From an uncultured Bacteriovoracaceae bacterium (GTDB lineage: Bacteria > Bdellovibrionota > UBA1018): a stretch of DNA of 64,000 nt. The translations under genes and the position numbers were made by a program. The notes beneath the pieces were generated by a model, which did not search any database, was not told the origin of the DNA, and worked only from the letters and a program-made list of their open reading frames with translations. Positions 27,228 to 36,253 of this stretch are shown one piece after another (the first letter of the stretch is position 1; each line of letters begins with the position of its first letter). The stretch lies in the NCBI GenBank assembly GCA_964563795.1, contig CAZLYB010000013.1:3107-67106 (forward strand), read 5' to 3'.

Positions 27228-28624
27228 TGCCAGGAAATCTCCCCGCTCAATCCGTCCCCTGCCTCGCCATCGCTCTCAGCAAGGAACTTGAGGCCCAAAT
27301 TCAAAATTCCTTCCCTGAACTCAAATTAGCTCTTTCCCCCTACGATCTCGAAAAGTTGATGGAGCCCATCCAGCCGCCGCCCAAGCTCATTCTTTGCGGC
27401 TCCCTCCCTCAGAGCGGCACCATCGCGGAGCTCGCCCAGCTCTTGCGCATGAATTACCAAAACACGCCGATCTACCTGATCTTGGAATCAGGAGCTCACA
27501 TCGACCGTAAGGAGTTGATGAAGAACGGGTTGAACGATGTGTTTTTTTTCCCTTTCGACCAGAATCTCTTCACTCAATCCCTGAAGGAATGGCTGCTGAG
27601 CAACTTAGACGGCCAAAAAGCGTATCGTTCGGTGAAGCTCGTGGATTTGCAGCCTAACACCACACTGCAGTTCGATACGTTTCTTTACATGCCGGCGAAC
27701 CACAAGCACATCAAGTATTCCTCGGCCGGCGACCCCATCGAAACCGAGCGCCTCAACCGACTCAAGCAGAACCCGACCTCGAGCATTCACGTGGCCTCCG
27801 AAGACCTCCAGAAAGTTTACGAATACACCGCGGCGACGCTGAAGAAGCTGGGATCTAGCGCGTCGATGGGTGAAACGGAGCGATCCCAAAAACTCCAAAC
27901 CGCCGTCAGGGACCTCATCTCCGATCTTTTCAGCGACGCGGTCACGGGGATGGAGGGAGGAAAAGGCGTGATCGAGGACTGTCAGAACATCGTCCGATCC
28001 TACATCTCCTCCTCCTCCAAGGATGGCTGGTATGAAAAGATCCTCACCCTGAGCGGGAGCAGTGCCGGAAACTACTCACATTCGGCCAACGTCGCGACTT
28101 ACGCGGCGCTCTTCGCGGTGGGATTGGGGAACGAGCACGTCGAGGAAATCGGGATCGCAGGCCTGCTCCATGACATCGGGCTCGCTAAAATCCCCGTGGA
28201 GCTGCAGTCGAAACCCATCTCAGAGATGACCCAGCTCGAAAAACATTCCTATGAAAAGCACCCCGAATATTCGCTTGAAATCATCCGAGAAAGAAAGCTC
28301 ATCATCCCGGAACTTTCCCAAAAAATCATCCTTCAGCATCATGAATGCTTCAATGGTTCGGGGTTCCCCAAAGGCTTGCGTGATAAGCGCTTGCTGGTGG
28401 AGTCCCAAATCCTTGCGTTCGCTGATCGATTCGACGAATTATTGGCGGTGACTCCAGGAAAAAAAGCGAAAACGCCCTTTGAAGCCGCTCAAGAACTCTC
28501 GCTCTTGATGATCAATGACCCCAGCAAGGCGTTCATCGAGCCAGAGCTGATGAAAAAGCTTCTGGCGCTCTTTCCCGCCTCGCAGCCTCCCTCTCCCAGC
28601 GGAGCCGACGGGAGCGCTGCCTAA
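27227..28624 (+). CDS. HD-GYP domain protein with an N-terminal receiver-like domain; degenerate GYP motif
   Basis: The HD motif LLHDIGL is intact. HHECFNGSGFPKGL has NGSGFP in place of the canonical DGSGYP. The N-terminal ~150 aa fold like a receiver domain but have no clear acceptor Asp. Confidence 0.75.
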   Translation: MPGNLPAQSVPCLAIALSKELEAQIQNSFPELKLALSPYDLEKLMEPIQPPPKLILCGSLPQSGTIAELAQLLRMNYQNTPIYLILESGAHIDRKELMKNGLNDVFFFPFDQNLFTQSLKEWLLSNLDGQKAYRSVKLVDLQPNTTLQFDTFLYMPANHKHIKYSSAGDPIETERLNRLKQNPTSSIHVASEDLQKVYEYTAATLKKLGSSASMGETERSQKLQTAVRDLISDLFSDAVTGMEGGKGVIEDCQNIVRSYISSSSKDGWYEKILTLSGSSAGNYSHSANVATYAALFAVGLGNEHVEEIGIAGLLHDIGLAKIPVELQSKPISEMTQLEKHSYEKHPEYSLEIIRERKLIIPELSQKIILQHHECFNGSGFPKGLRDKRLLVESQILAFADRFDELLAVTPGKKAKTPFEAAQELSLLMINDPSKAFIEPELMKKLLALFPASQPPSPSGADGSAA

Positions 28625-29034
28625 ACGCCTGAGGACTTTCTTTTCTTGCGAGTGCTCTCGATTTTTTCGATGTGTTTTTGCGTATGGCCATGAATCTTGC
28701 AGAATTCGCTGTGAAGGAGATCCAGCTCCTCATCCGAGAGATTTTCGAGGTCAATCAGCTGATTGCGCGCGCCCACTTGCGCCCGGATCAATTCATCGAG
28801 CTTGAGGTGAATGGCGCGCGCGTCGCGGTTTTGGGTGTTTTGGATCAGAAACACCATGAGAAAAGTGATGATGGTGGTTGAGGTGTTGATCACCAGTTGC
28901 CACGTGTCGGAGTAGCCAAAAATCGGGCCTAATCCGGCCCAGATCGCGATCCCCAGCAAAGAGAGGCCAAACGCCAGGGGTGAACCCACCCAGTAAGAAA
29001 TGGCGTTGGCCATTTTTCTGAATTTTTCTTTCAT
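28621..29034 (-). CDS. Low-affinity iron permease family protein (PF04120-like)
   Basis: The signature FGYSDTWQLVINTSTTIITFLMVFLIQNTQNRD is present. The start is set at MKEKFRK. It converges on the HD-GYP gene with a 4-nt overlap. Confidence 0.55.
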   Translation of the reverse strand: MKEKFRKMANAISYWVGSPLAFGLSLLGIAIWAGLGPIFGYSDTWQLVINTSTTIITFLMVFLIQNTQNRDARAIHLKLDELIRAQVGARNQLIDLENLSDEELDLLHSEFCKIHGHTQKHIEKIESTRKKRKSSGV

Positions 29035-29055
29035 GAATTTCCTTTCATCGCCGGT

Positions 29056-29084
29056 TTGACAAAAAACAATCGGATCAGTATATG
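29056..29084 (+). promoter_or_regulatory. Candidate sigma70 promoter for the 29135 gene
   Basis: TTGACA, a 17-nt spacer, then TATATG. Confidence 0.3.
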
Positions 29085-29134
29085 GAATCGCAGGTGTGGG
29101 GCTTCTAACGTTTAACAAAAAATAGAGATTCATC

Positions 29135-29905
29135 ATGAAGAAAACAATTTCGATTTTTCTATTCGTCCTATTTTATTTTATTGCAGCTGACGCATCCGCC
29201 CAGCAGCGAGTCGGAAGAACGGTCGGCGCGGATGAGATCTTGAATACATTGCTTTCTCAAACGATCGCGAACAATAAGAAGGAGAGTGTTCTGCTCGCTC
29301 TCAATCGAGCGGACTCCGCGAATCATTTTCAAGTTTTAGAATATTTTAAAGAAGTGATGAAAGGGGTCTGCAAGGGCGTGCCCCAAGAAAGCAGCAAAGT
29401 TATCTCCCTGGAAGGTTCTCTCAGAGCGAGCTTTCAGGAGATGACCCATATTCGCTACAAACTGAATCAGCTTAAAAAAGAGACTGCCCCTTACCTCAAA
29501 AAAATACAACTGGACGAAGCAACTTTGATGGCTCTGTTCAATAACTCGGAACAAGAAGCTTTTAAGCTCCATTACGGAAACTTCAAGGCGACCCAAGACT
29601 CTCAATTCGAGGTCCCTACTACCTTTTCAGGGGCTCATCAACTGATTGACGAGCTTTATAACGATTACAAAATCAAAAACGAGTACAGCGAGACGTTCAG
29701 AAAATCATTTCGTGACATCGCCACTCTGGAGGAACTGGATGAATGGGGCGTGCCGCTCGCTCATCTCTCAGCGATCAACAAACTGGAGCGTTTTTTCGTC
29801 GCGAATGAAATTTTGAGCGAAACTTACCGATGCCACCTCTTGAATCAGCAGAGGATTGCTCAATCCCCTTCGCAGCAGCAGCGTCCGCGCAATGCCGAGG
29901 AGTGA
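29135..29905 (+). CDS. Hypothetical secreted protein (256 aa), AT-rich gene
   Basis: Signal peptide MKKTISIFLFVLFYFIAADASA. The gene's GC content is noticeably lower than that of its neighbours. Confidence 0.45.
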   Translation: MKKTISIFLFVLFYFIAADASAQQRVGRTVGADEILNTLLSQTIANNKKESVLLALNRADSANHFQVLEYFKEVMKGVCKGVPQESSKVISLEGSLRASFQEMTHIRYKLNQLKKETAPYLKKIQLDEATLMALFNNSEQEAFKLHYGNFKATQDSQFEVPTTFSGAHQLIDELYNDYKIKNEYSETFRKSFRDIATLEELDEWGVPLAHLSAINKLERFFVANEILSETYRCHLLNQQRIAQSPSQQQRPRNAEE

Positions 29906-29907
29906 GA

Positions 29908-30192
29908 TTACTTCTTCTTTTGGAAATCCTTGAGGAGATCCATCGCCGCTTTGAGCTGGGGATTATTCATCCCACCGGGCATCCCTCCCATCCCTGCTCC
30001 GGGCCGACGATTGCCGAGCCCTTGCATCATGCTCTGCATCTGAGCGACCGCATCATTCATGTTTTTAGCGGAGGGAAAAGCCATCTTCATCATCTGCTGG
30101 CTCGCTTGCTTGAGCTTCAGAAATAAAACCACGTTCACGCCGGTGAAGGCGGCCACCAAAACCCAACTGAGGATGATCCAAAATGTCATAAT
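29908..30192 (-). CDS. Small membrane protein with a Met/Gly-rich tail
   Basis: One TM helix followed by MQSMMQGLGNRRPGAGMGGMPGGM. Confidence 0.3.
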   Translation of the reverse strand: MMTFWIILSWVLVAAFTGVNVVLFLKLKQASQQMMKMAFPSAKNMNDAVAQMQSMMQGLGNRRPGAGMGGMPGGMNNPQLKAAMDLLKDFQKKK

Positions 30193-30202
30193 GCCCTCAC
30201 TG

Positions 30203-30934
30203 CTAGCGAATCCCGCTGGATTTCGCAAGTCTTTCGTAGGCCTCCAGCATTTTGACTCGGACCTCGTCTAAGAGCCGCTCTTCCTCTCCCAGCGAATACC
30301 CCCGTGTTGAAAAGGGCGGCAAAACTTCCAAAGGAAGAATCCCAGGTCGAATCCGCTTTTCTTTCCAAGAAAACCAAGCCTTCAATGGAGGGGCGACCAA
30401 AATCAAAAGGGGCGCCCCCGTCTCCAACGCCAAGCGAAAGGCGCCTTTTTTGAAAGGCAAAAGCGGTTCACCGGATCGATTGCGGGTTCCCTCCGGGAAA
30501 ATCAAAACGGATTGCCGGTGATCGCGAATTTTTTTCGCCGCCCGTTCCAGGCTTTGAGCGGCCCTGACTCGATTTTTTCGATCGACGAGCACGTTGCCTG
30601 AACCCACGAAAAGAAAACCAAAGACGGGCAGCCAAATGAGCTCTTTTTTTCCGATGATGAAAGTCCGCTCCGGGTAAATCGCGCCGAGCAGAACCGAATC
30701 CCAGTTGCTCTGATGATTGGCCACCACCACGAAAGGCCCGGGAGCGTTCAGGTGCTCCAGCCCCTGAACTTGAAGCTTCAGCCCGAGGATTCTGAGCGCC
30801 ACCCGACCGTAAGCCCGGGCCGTGGTTTGCATGACCCAAGGATCTTTCCAGCGGAACACGCAGAGCAACAGCCCCACGGAGCAGACGATCAAAAGCCAGG
30901 TTCCGGATAAAAGCAGGCGGATCCAAAAGAGCAT
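30203..30934 (-). CDS. plsC: 1-acyl-sn-glycerol-3-phosphate acyltransferase
   Basis: VVANHQSNWDS (H-x4-D) and FPEGTRNRSG motifs. The start is set at the ATG overlapping the upstream stop (TAATG). Confidence 0.8.
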   Translation of the reverse strand: MLFWIRLLLSGTWLLIVCSVGLLLCVFRWKDPWVMQTTARAYGRVALRILGLKLQVQGLEHLNAPGPFVVVANHQSNWDSVLLGAIYPERTFIIGKKELIWLPVFGFLFVGSGNVLVDRKNRVRAAQSLERAAKKIRDHRQSVLIFPEGTRNRSGEPLLPFKKGAFRLALETGAPLLILVAPPLKAWFSWKEKRIRPGILPLEVLPPFSTRGYSLGEEERLLDEVRVKMLEAYERLAKSSGIR

Positions 30935-31860
30935 TATTTCAACCGGGTGGAGATCCACGCCTGAAGCACGCGGCTCGAGACGGGGCGCCGGATCTTTTTG
31001 GAAAACTGGGCGCTCAAGCGGCAAAGCGCATCCAAATTCACGCCGGTCTCGAGCCCCAAGCCATTCAGAAGATACGCCAAATCCTCGGTCGCCAAATTCC
31101 CGCTGGCGCCAGGAGCGAAGGGGCATCCGCCTAATCCTCCTACCGAACTATCGAAGACTCGCACGCCCAGATCCAGCGCTCGCAAAGCATTCGCGAGAGC
31201 CGTTCCCCGCGTATCGTGAAAATGGGCTGCGATATGGGAGGGAGATTGAGCGAGCCTCATCGCCGGATGAAACACGTCGCTCACTTGGTTGGGGGTAGCC
31301 ACTCCGATCGTATCCCCGATCGAAACTTGATCGACTTCAAGCCGCAAAAGACTTTCCAAAACGCGGAGCGTTTCTGAGGGCGCGATTTTGCCCTCAAAAG
31401 GACAGGCAAAAGCCGTCGAAAGATAAGCGCGAAACCGGATTGAATCCCCCTGGGAGGATTTCCCCTCCCGAATGAGGGACTGGAATTCCTGCATGGATTC
31501 CTGAAAAGTCATCCCAATGTTTTTTTTCAGGAAAGTAGCGCTTACGGCCGTGCCGAATGCGATATGACGGCATCCCGCTTGAAGCGCGCGCTTCAGCCCC
31601 GTTCGGTTAAAAACCAATCCCCAGGCCTTGGCGGAGTGGGGAATGGCTTTTTTTGTTCTCTTGAAGACCGCTTCGCTCTCCGCCATCTGAGGGACCCGAT
31701 CCGGGCGCACGAACGCGCCGAGCTCGACTTCCCGGAGCCCCGTCTTGAATAAATCCCGCACCAGCCGCGTCTTTTCAGCGAGCGGAACTTTGCGCTTTTC
31801 ATTTTGGAGCCCGTCCCGCGGCCCCACTTCAAAAATAAAAGCCCGCTCGCGCGAGTTCAC
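30934..31860 (-). CDS. Hydroxymethylglutaryl-CoA lyase
   Basis: N-terminal EVGPRDGLQNE motif, a TIM-barrel HMGL family fold and a length of 308 aa. Confidence 0.85.
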   Translation of the reverse strand: MNSRERAFIFEVGPRDGLQNEKRKVPLAEKTRLVRDLFKTGLREVELGAFVRPDRVPQMAESEAVFKRTKKAIPHSAKAWGLVFNRTGLKRALQAGCRHIAFGTAVSATFLKKNIGMTFQESMQEFQSLIREGKSSQGDSIRFRAYLSTAFACPFEGKIAPSETLRVLESLLRLEVDQVSIGDTIGVATPNQVSDVFHPAMRLAQSPSHIAAHFHDTRGTALANALRALDLGVRVFDSSVGGLGGCPFAPGASGNLATEDLAYLLNGLGLETGVNLDALCRLSAQFSKKIRRPVSSRVLQAWISTRLK

Positions 31861-32348
31861 GATTTTTCCTTTTTGGAGGGTTCGTCCGCCTGAAAATCCA
31901 GAAGCAGCTCGCCGGGGCTCAGGCTCTGCCCCTCTTGAACGCGGATTGCGGTCACCTTTCCGGCGACAGGGGCGGTGATGGCGAATTCCATCTTCATGGC
32001 TTCCACTCGAATCAAGACCTCATTGGATTGAACGCTTTGCCCAGCCTGAACGAGAATTTTCCTGACTTTCCCCGGAAACTGCGCCCGAAAATCCAAATCC
32101 GCATTCGAGCCCGGGCCCCCTGAAGCGGCGGACGGATCCTCGGAGCTCTCCAGTACCCCCTGCCAAAGCTTGCCATTCCAAAGCAAAGTGGTTTTGCCTT
32201 GAGCGCCTTTCAGCAGGAAAAATCTTCGCCGGACCCCGGAAGCATCCTCGAGGATCTGCCAACCTCCTGGCCTAGTCTGTGAAACAAGAGGAGAGCTCGG
32301 ACGCTCCAATGGCCAGCTTTTCCCGGAGACTTTCCACTGGCGCTTCAT
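31857..32348 (-). CDS. Biotin carboxyl carrier protein (separate BCCP/BT-like subunit of an acyl-CoA carboxylase)
   Basis: Biotinylation motif EAMKME near the C-terminus. The ATG overlaps the biotin carboxylase stop (ATGA). Confidence 0.75.
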   Translation of the reverse strand: MKRQWKVSGKSWPLERPSSPLVSQTRPGGWQILEDASGVRRRFFLLKGAQGKTTLLWNGKLWQGVLESSEDPSAASGGPGSNADLDFRAQFPGKVRKILVQAGQSVQSNEVLIRVEAMKMEFAITAPVAGKVTAIRVQEGQSLSPGELLLDFQADEPSKKEKS

Positions 32349-33787
32349 GGTGAAACCCAGGGGGAAGGAAAGTTTTGCGGCGAACCCTGAGCACCGGAAC
32401 CCCCCAGGGACGAAGGCGATGAATGAGCGAGAAGCTCAAGAGACACCGCATCGAACTCGGGCTGAAACGAAGCGAATGCCTCCTCCAAAAATGACGTGGA
32501 CACGCGCCCCGCCTGCACTTGAGGATGTTCGGAGATCGCCAAAAGATAAGGTTGATTCGTGCCTACTCCAGCGATCACGGTCTCCCTCAAAGCCTCTTGA
32601 ACACGGGCGAGCGCGGACGCGCGATCCGATCCGTAAACGCTGAGCTTGGCGAGCATCGCATCGTACTGAGTGTGGATCGTCTGCCCCACTTCGATGCCGC
32701 TATCAACTCGGATTCCCGCGCCCAATGGCCATCGCAAAGCTTCCACTTTTCCGCTCCAGGGCATGAACCCTCGCGCGGGATCTTCCGCGTACAGCCTCAC
32801 CTCAATGGAGTGGCCACGAACGCTGGGCGGCTCAGTCCAAGGGGAGTTTCCATTCAGGCCCAATTCAATCTGGGCTCTCACCAGATCGGTCCCAGTTACC
32901 CACTCGGTCACAGGGTGCTCCACTTGAAGGCGGGTATTCATCTCGAGAAAATAAAAGCCGCCCGCATCATCCACGAGAAACTCCACCGTGCCGGCGCTGC
33001 GGTACTTCACGGCTCGCAGGAGCGAGAGAGCGGCTTCGTGCAAGGCGTTCCGCGTGGTTTCGCTGATCTGCGCGGCGGGCGCCTCTTCCCAAACTTTTTG
33101 ATGGCGCCTTTGGAGGGAGCACTCGCGCTCATGAAGGTGGACGCCGCCCCCCTTTCCATCCCCGAAAACCTGGACTTCGACGTGACGGGGTTGCAACAGG
33201 AGTTTTTCCAGGAAAAGAGTGCCGTCGCCAAAAGCCGCCTGAGCCTCGGCGCTCGCGCTTTCGGCGGCATCCTCAAGCTCTTTGAGCTCGAGCACCTTGC
33301 GCATTCCTTTTCCTCCCCCTCCGGCTGAGGCTTTCAGAAGCAGGGGAAATCCCACTTTCAGCGCGGCGGCCTTGAGATTTTGCCCCGCTTCAACGATCGC
33401 CCAGGGCAGCGTCGGCACGGCAGCTTGCTCGGCCGCGCGCTTAGCGGCGATCTTCTCCCCCAAAAGCGACATGGAGTCAGCGCGAGGGCCTAGGAACGTG
33501 AGTCCCGCCGCTTCTACCGCGGCCGCGAAAGCGGGGCGCTCCGACAAAAAGCCATACCCCGGGTGCACCAGCTTCGCTCCCAGTCGTTTGGCCTGCGCGA
33601 TGATCGCGACTGAATCCAAGTAGGCGGGCACTTCGCAGATTTCATCCGCATAGGTGAGGTGGCGAGCCTCTTCATCACCGGGAGCCAAAATCCCCACGGT
33701 TTTAATCCCCATTTCGCGGCAGGTTTGAAAAACGCGGCAGGCGATCTCCGCGCGATTGGCGACGAGCAGCTTGGTCGGCCGGTTCAC
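32345..33787 (-). CDS. Biotin carboxylase subunit (MCC/PCC alpha, biotin-carboxylase domain only)
   Basis: LLVANRAEIACRV at the N-terminus and an ATP-grasp core. The tracked ORF has no Met before this segment. A GTG at 33785-33787 overlaps the hydratase stop (GTGA) and gives MNRPTKLLVANR. Confidence 0.8.
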   Translation of the reverse strand: MNRPTKLLVANRAEIACRVFQTCREMGIKTVGILAPGDEEARHLTYADEICEVPAYLDSVAIIAQAKRLGAKLVHPGYGFLSERPAFAAAVEAAGLTFLGPRADSMSLLGEKIAAKRAAEQAAVPTLPWAIVEAGQNLKAAALKVGFPLLLKASAGGGGKGMRKVLELKELEDAAESASAEAQAAFGDGTLFLEKLLLQPRHVEVQVFGDGKGGGVHLHERECSLQRRHQKVWEEAPAAQISETTRNALHEAALSLLRAVKYRSAGTVEFLVDDAGGFYFLEMNTRLQVEHPVTEWVTGTDLVRAQIELGLNGNSPWTEPPSVRGHSIEVRLYAEDPARGFMPWSGKVEALRWPLGAGIRVDSGIEVGQTIHTQYDAMLAKLSVYGSDRASALARVQEALRETVIAGVGTNQPYLLAISEHPQVQAGRVSTSFLEEAFASFQPEFDAVSLELLAHSSPSSLGGSGAQGSPQNFPSPWVSP

Positions 33788-34596
33788 TTTGAAAGCCACG
33801 AGGGTTTGCGCTTTTCGAGGAAAGCGCGCACGCCCTCTTGGCCCTCCGGCGAAACACGAAGATCCGCGAGGATCTTGGCGACGTACTCCAGGGGATCTGG
33901 AAACTGCGCCCGACGCTCCGGCCAGGATAAATCCAAGACCAGGCGCTTGGCCGCGGCGACCGCTTGAGGGCCGCACTGCAAAAGCGCTTCTAATTTGAGT
34001 TCAAACGATTTTTGCAGCTCTTCGGGACGCTCCACGACTTCATGAATGAGGCCGATCGCGAGCGCCCGCTCCGCGCTGAAACGCTCCGCGCTGATAAAAA
34101 GCGCGCGCGAATGAGAGGCGCCGATCTTCGCGACGACGAAAGGGCCGATGCACGCCGGGATGATCCCCAAACGCACTTCGCTCAAACTGAACTGAGTCTC
34201 TCGACTGGCCACCACCACGTCGCAAACGCTGACCAAGCCGACTCCTCCCCCTAAAACCGCGCCATGAACCAAGCCGATCAAGGGCCGGGGGCATTCATTG
34301 ATGATCGAAAAAAGATGAGCGAGCTCCCGGGTATCTTGAAGGTTCTGCTCTCGGCTGAGCTCCACCGATTCACGCATCCAATTGAGATCTCCCCCTGCGC
34401 AAAAAGACGCTCCCGCTCCGCAAAGCACCGTGACTTTGACTTGAGGATCCCTCAGCCGCTCGGAAAAAACCTCGGTGAGTTCTTGGATCATTCGACCATT
34501 GAAGGCGTTGCGCACCTGAGGCCGATTCAGCTCCACCCGCAGGACGCCTGCGCCTGACAGAGTGACTTGAAGAGTCTGATCCGTTTTTTGAGCCAT
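33784..34596 (-). CDS. Enoyl-CoA hydratase/isomerase (methylglutaconyl-CoA hydratase-like)
   Basis: Crotonase-fold motifs LNRPQVRNAF and CGAGASFCAGGDL. The start is moved to MAQKT (34596). Confidence 0.75.
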   Translation of the reverse strand: MAQKTDQTLQVTLSGAGVLRVELNRPQVRNAFNGRMIQELTEVFSERLRDPQVKVTVLCGAGASFCAGGDLNWMRESVELSREQNLQDTRELAHLFSIINECPRPLIGLVHGAVLGGGVGLVSVCDVVVASRETQFSLSEVRLGIIPACIGPFVVAKIGASHSRALFISAERFSAERALAIGLIHEVVERPEELQKSFELKLEALLQCGPQAVAAAKRLVLDLSWPERRAQFPDPLEYVAKILADLRVSPEGQEGVRAFLEKRKPSWLSK

Positions 34597-34649
34597 GCAC
34601 CGTTGAAGGTAACGTCCGCCCCGATCGCTTGCAACTGAGAAAAAATTTT

Positions 34650-34666
34650 GATCTCCTAGGGAGATC
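34650..34666 (+). promoter_or_regulatory. 17-bp perfect palindrome GATCTCCTAGGGAGATC abutting the carboxyltransferase ATG
   Basis: Seen directly. It covers the GGGAGA Shine-Dalgarno and lies in the divergent intergenic region between the hydratase and carboxyltransferase genes. Confidence 0.35.
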
Positions 34667-36253
34667 ATGGCTTTGATCAAATCCCAGATTTCAACGAACT
34701 CCGATGAATTTAAATCCAACGCCGCCCATCACCGAAAGCTCGTCGCTGAATTGAAGGAGCGGGTGGAAAAAAACCGCCTCGGCGGCGGAACGGAAGCGCG
34801 CGCTAAACACCAGTCCCGGAATAAACTTTTAGCCCGAGATCGGATTGAAGCGTTATTGGATCCTGGCTCGCATTTTCTCGAGCTCTCGTCCTTAGCCGCA
34901 TGGGACATGTATGAAGGAAGCGCCCCTGGGGCTGGGATCGTGACGGGCATTGGGTCCGTCCATGGACGCGAAGTGATGGTGGTCGCGAATGACGCCACGG
35001 TGAAAGGGGGGACCTACTTCCCCATGACCGTTAAAAAACACCTCCGCGCCCAGGAGATTGCCCTAGAAAATCGGCTCCCCTGCGTCTATCTCGTGGATTC
35101 GGGGGGAGCCTACCTCCCCCTCCAGAGCGAAGTTTTTCCCGATCGAGACCACTTCGGCCGAATCTTCTACAATCAAGCCCGAATGTCCTCGCAGGGAATC
35201 GCTCAAATCGCCGTCGTCCTGGGTTCCTGTACCGCGGGTGGGGCCTACGTCCCAGCGATGTCCGATGAGACCATCATCGTGCGCAATCAAGGCACCATTT
35301 TTCTGGGAGGACCTCCTTTGGTCCAGGCCGCCACCGGGGAGATCGTGACGGCGGAGGAATTGGGCGGAGGCGATGTCCATTGCCGAACTTCAGGGGTCGC
35401 CGATCACTTGGCTGAAAACGACGAGCATGCGCTCTCGCTCGCCCGCGGAATTTTGGGGCGACTCAACCGAGAAGCTCCCCTTTCGATCGATCGGATTGCC
35501 CCCGAAGATCCGATCTACCCCGCAGAAGAGCTCTACGGCGTCATCCCGCCCGATTACCGAAAGCCATTTGATTCGCGAGAGCTCATCGCCCGGCTCGTCG
35601 ATGGATCCCGCTTTGACGAATTCAAGGCGCTGTATGGATCCACCCTGGTTTGCGGATTCGCGCGGCTCTGGGGGATTCCCGTCGGCATCCTCGCCAACAA
35701 CGGCATCCTGCTCAGCGAAAGTTCGCTCAAAGGCGCCCATTTCATCGAACTCTGCTCTCAACGGAGGATCCCCCTGTTCTTCCTGCAGAACATCACGGGA
35801 TTCATGGTGGGAAAAAAATATGAGTCCGGCGGAATCGCGAAAGACGGGGCAAAACTCGTTACCGCGGTTTCCGGAGCGCCAGTTCCCAAGTTTACCCTGA
35901 TCTTCGGGGGCAGCTTCGGGGCTGGAAACTACGGAATGTGCGGCCGAGCCTATCAGCCCCGTTTCTTGTGGATGTGGCCGGGGGCGAGGATCTCCGTGAT
36001 GGGTGGCGAACAGGCGGCTTCGGTGCTCACTCAAGTGAAGGGCAACCAACTTTCATCCCAGGAGATCGAGAAAATCCAAAAGCCCATTCTCGAGAAATAC
36101 CAGCACGAGGGCAGCGCTTATTTCAGCACCGCGCGGCTCTGGGACGACGGGATCATCGACCCTGCGGAGACGCGCCGAACGCTCTGTCTCGCGCTCTGCG
36201 CTTCATTGAACGCCCCGCTCCCGGAGTCCCGCTTCGGCGTTTTCAGGATGTGA
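34667..36253 (+). CDS. Acyl-CoA carboxylase carboxyltransferase subunit (methylcrotonyl-CoA carboxylase beta-like)
   Basis: N-terminal ...[35 protein letters not shown] and two crotonase-like CT domains over 528 aa. Confidence 0.8.
   Translation: MALIKSQISTNSDEFKSNAAHHRKLVAELKERVEKNRLGGGTEARAKHQSRNKLLARDRIEALLDPGSHFLELSSLAAWDMYEGSAPGAGIVTGIGSVHGREVMVVANDATVKGGTYFPMTVKKHLRAQEIALENRLPCVYLVDSGGAYLPLQSEVFPDRDHFGRIFYNQARMSSQGIAQIAVVLGSCTAGGAYVPAMSDETIIVRNQGTIFLGGPPLVQAATGEIVTAEELGGGDVHCRTSGVADHLAENDEHALSLARGILGRLNREAPLSIDRIAPEDPIYPAEELYGVIPPDYRKPFDSRELIARLVDGSRFDEFKALYGSTLVCGFARLWGIPVGILANNGILLSESSLKGAHFIELCSQRRIPLFFLQNITGFMVGKKYESGGIAKDGAKLVTAVSGAPVPKFTLIFGGSFGAGNYGMCGRAYQPRFLWMWPGARISVMGGEQAASVLTQVKGNQLSSQEIEKIQKPILEKYQHEGSAYFSTARLWDDGIIDPAETRRTLCLALCASLNAPLPESRFGVFRM

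Noticed and set aside
35938-36252. N-terminal 105-aa extension of the metallophosphoesterase ORF overlapping the carboxyltransferase gene
   Set aside because: The extension is Gly/Arg-rich and in a different frame from the carboxyltransferase. The ATG at 36253 overlapping the carboxyltransferase stop is the credible start.
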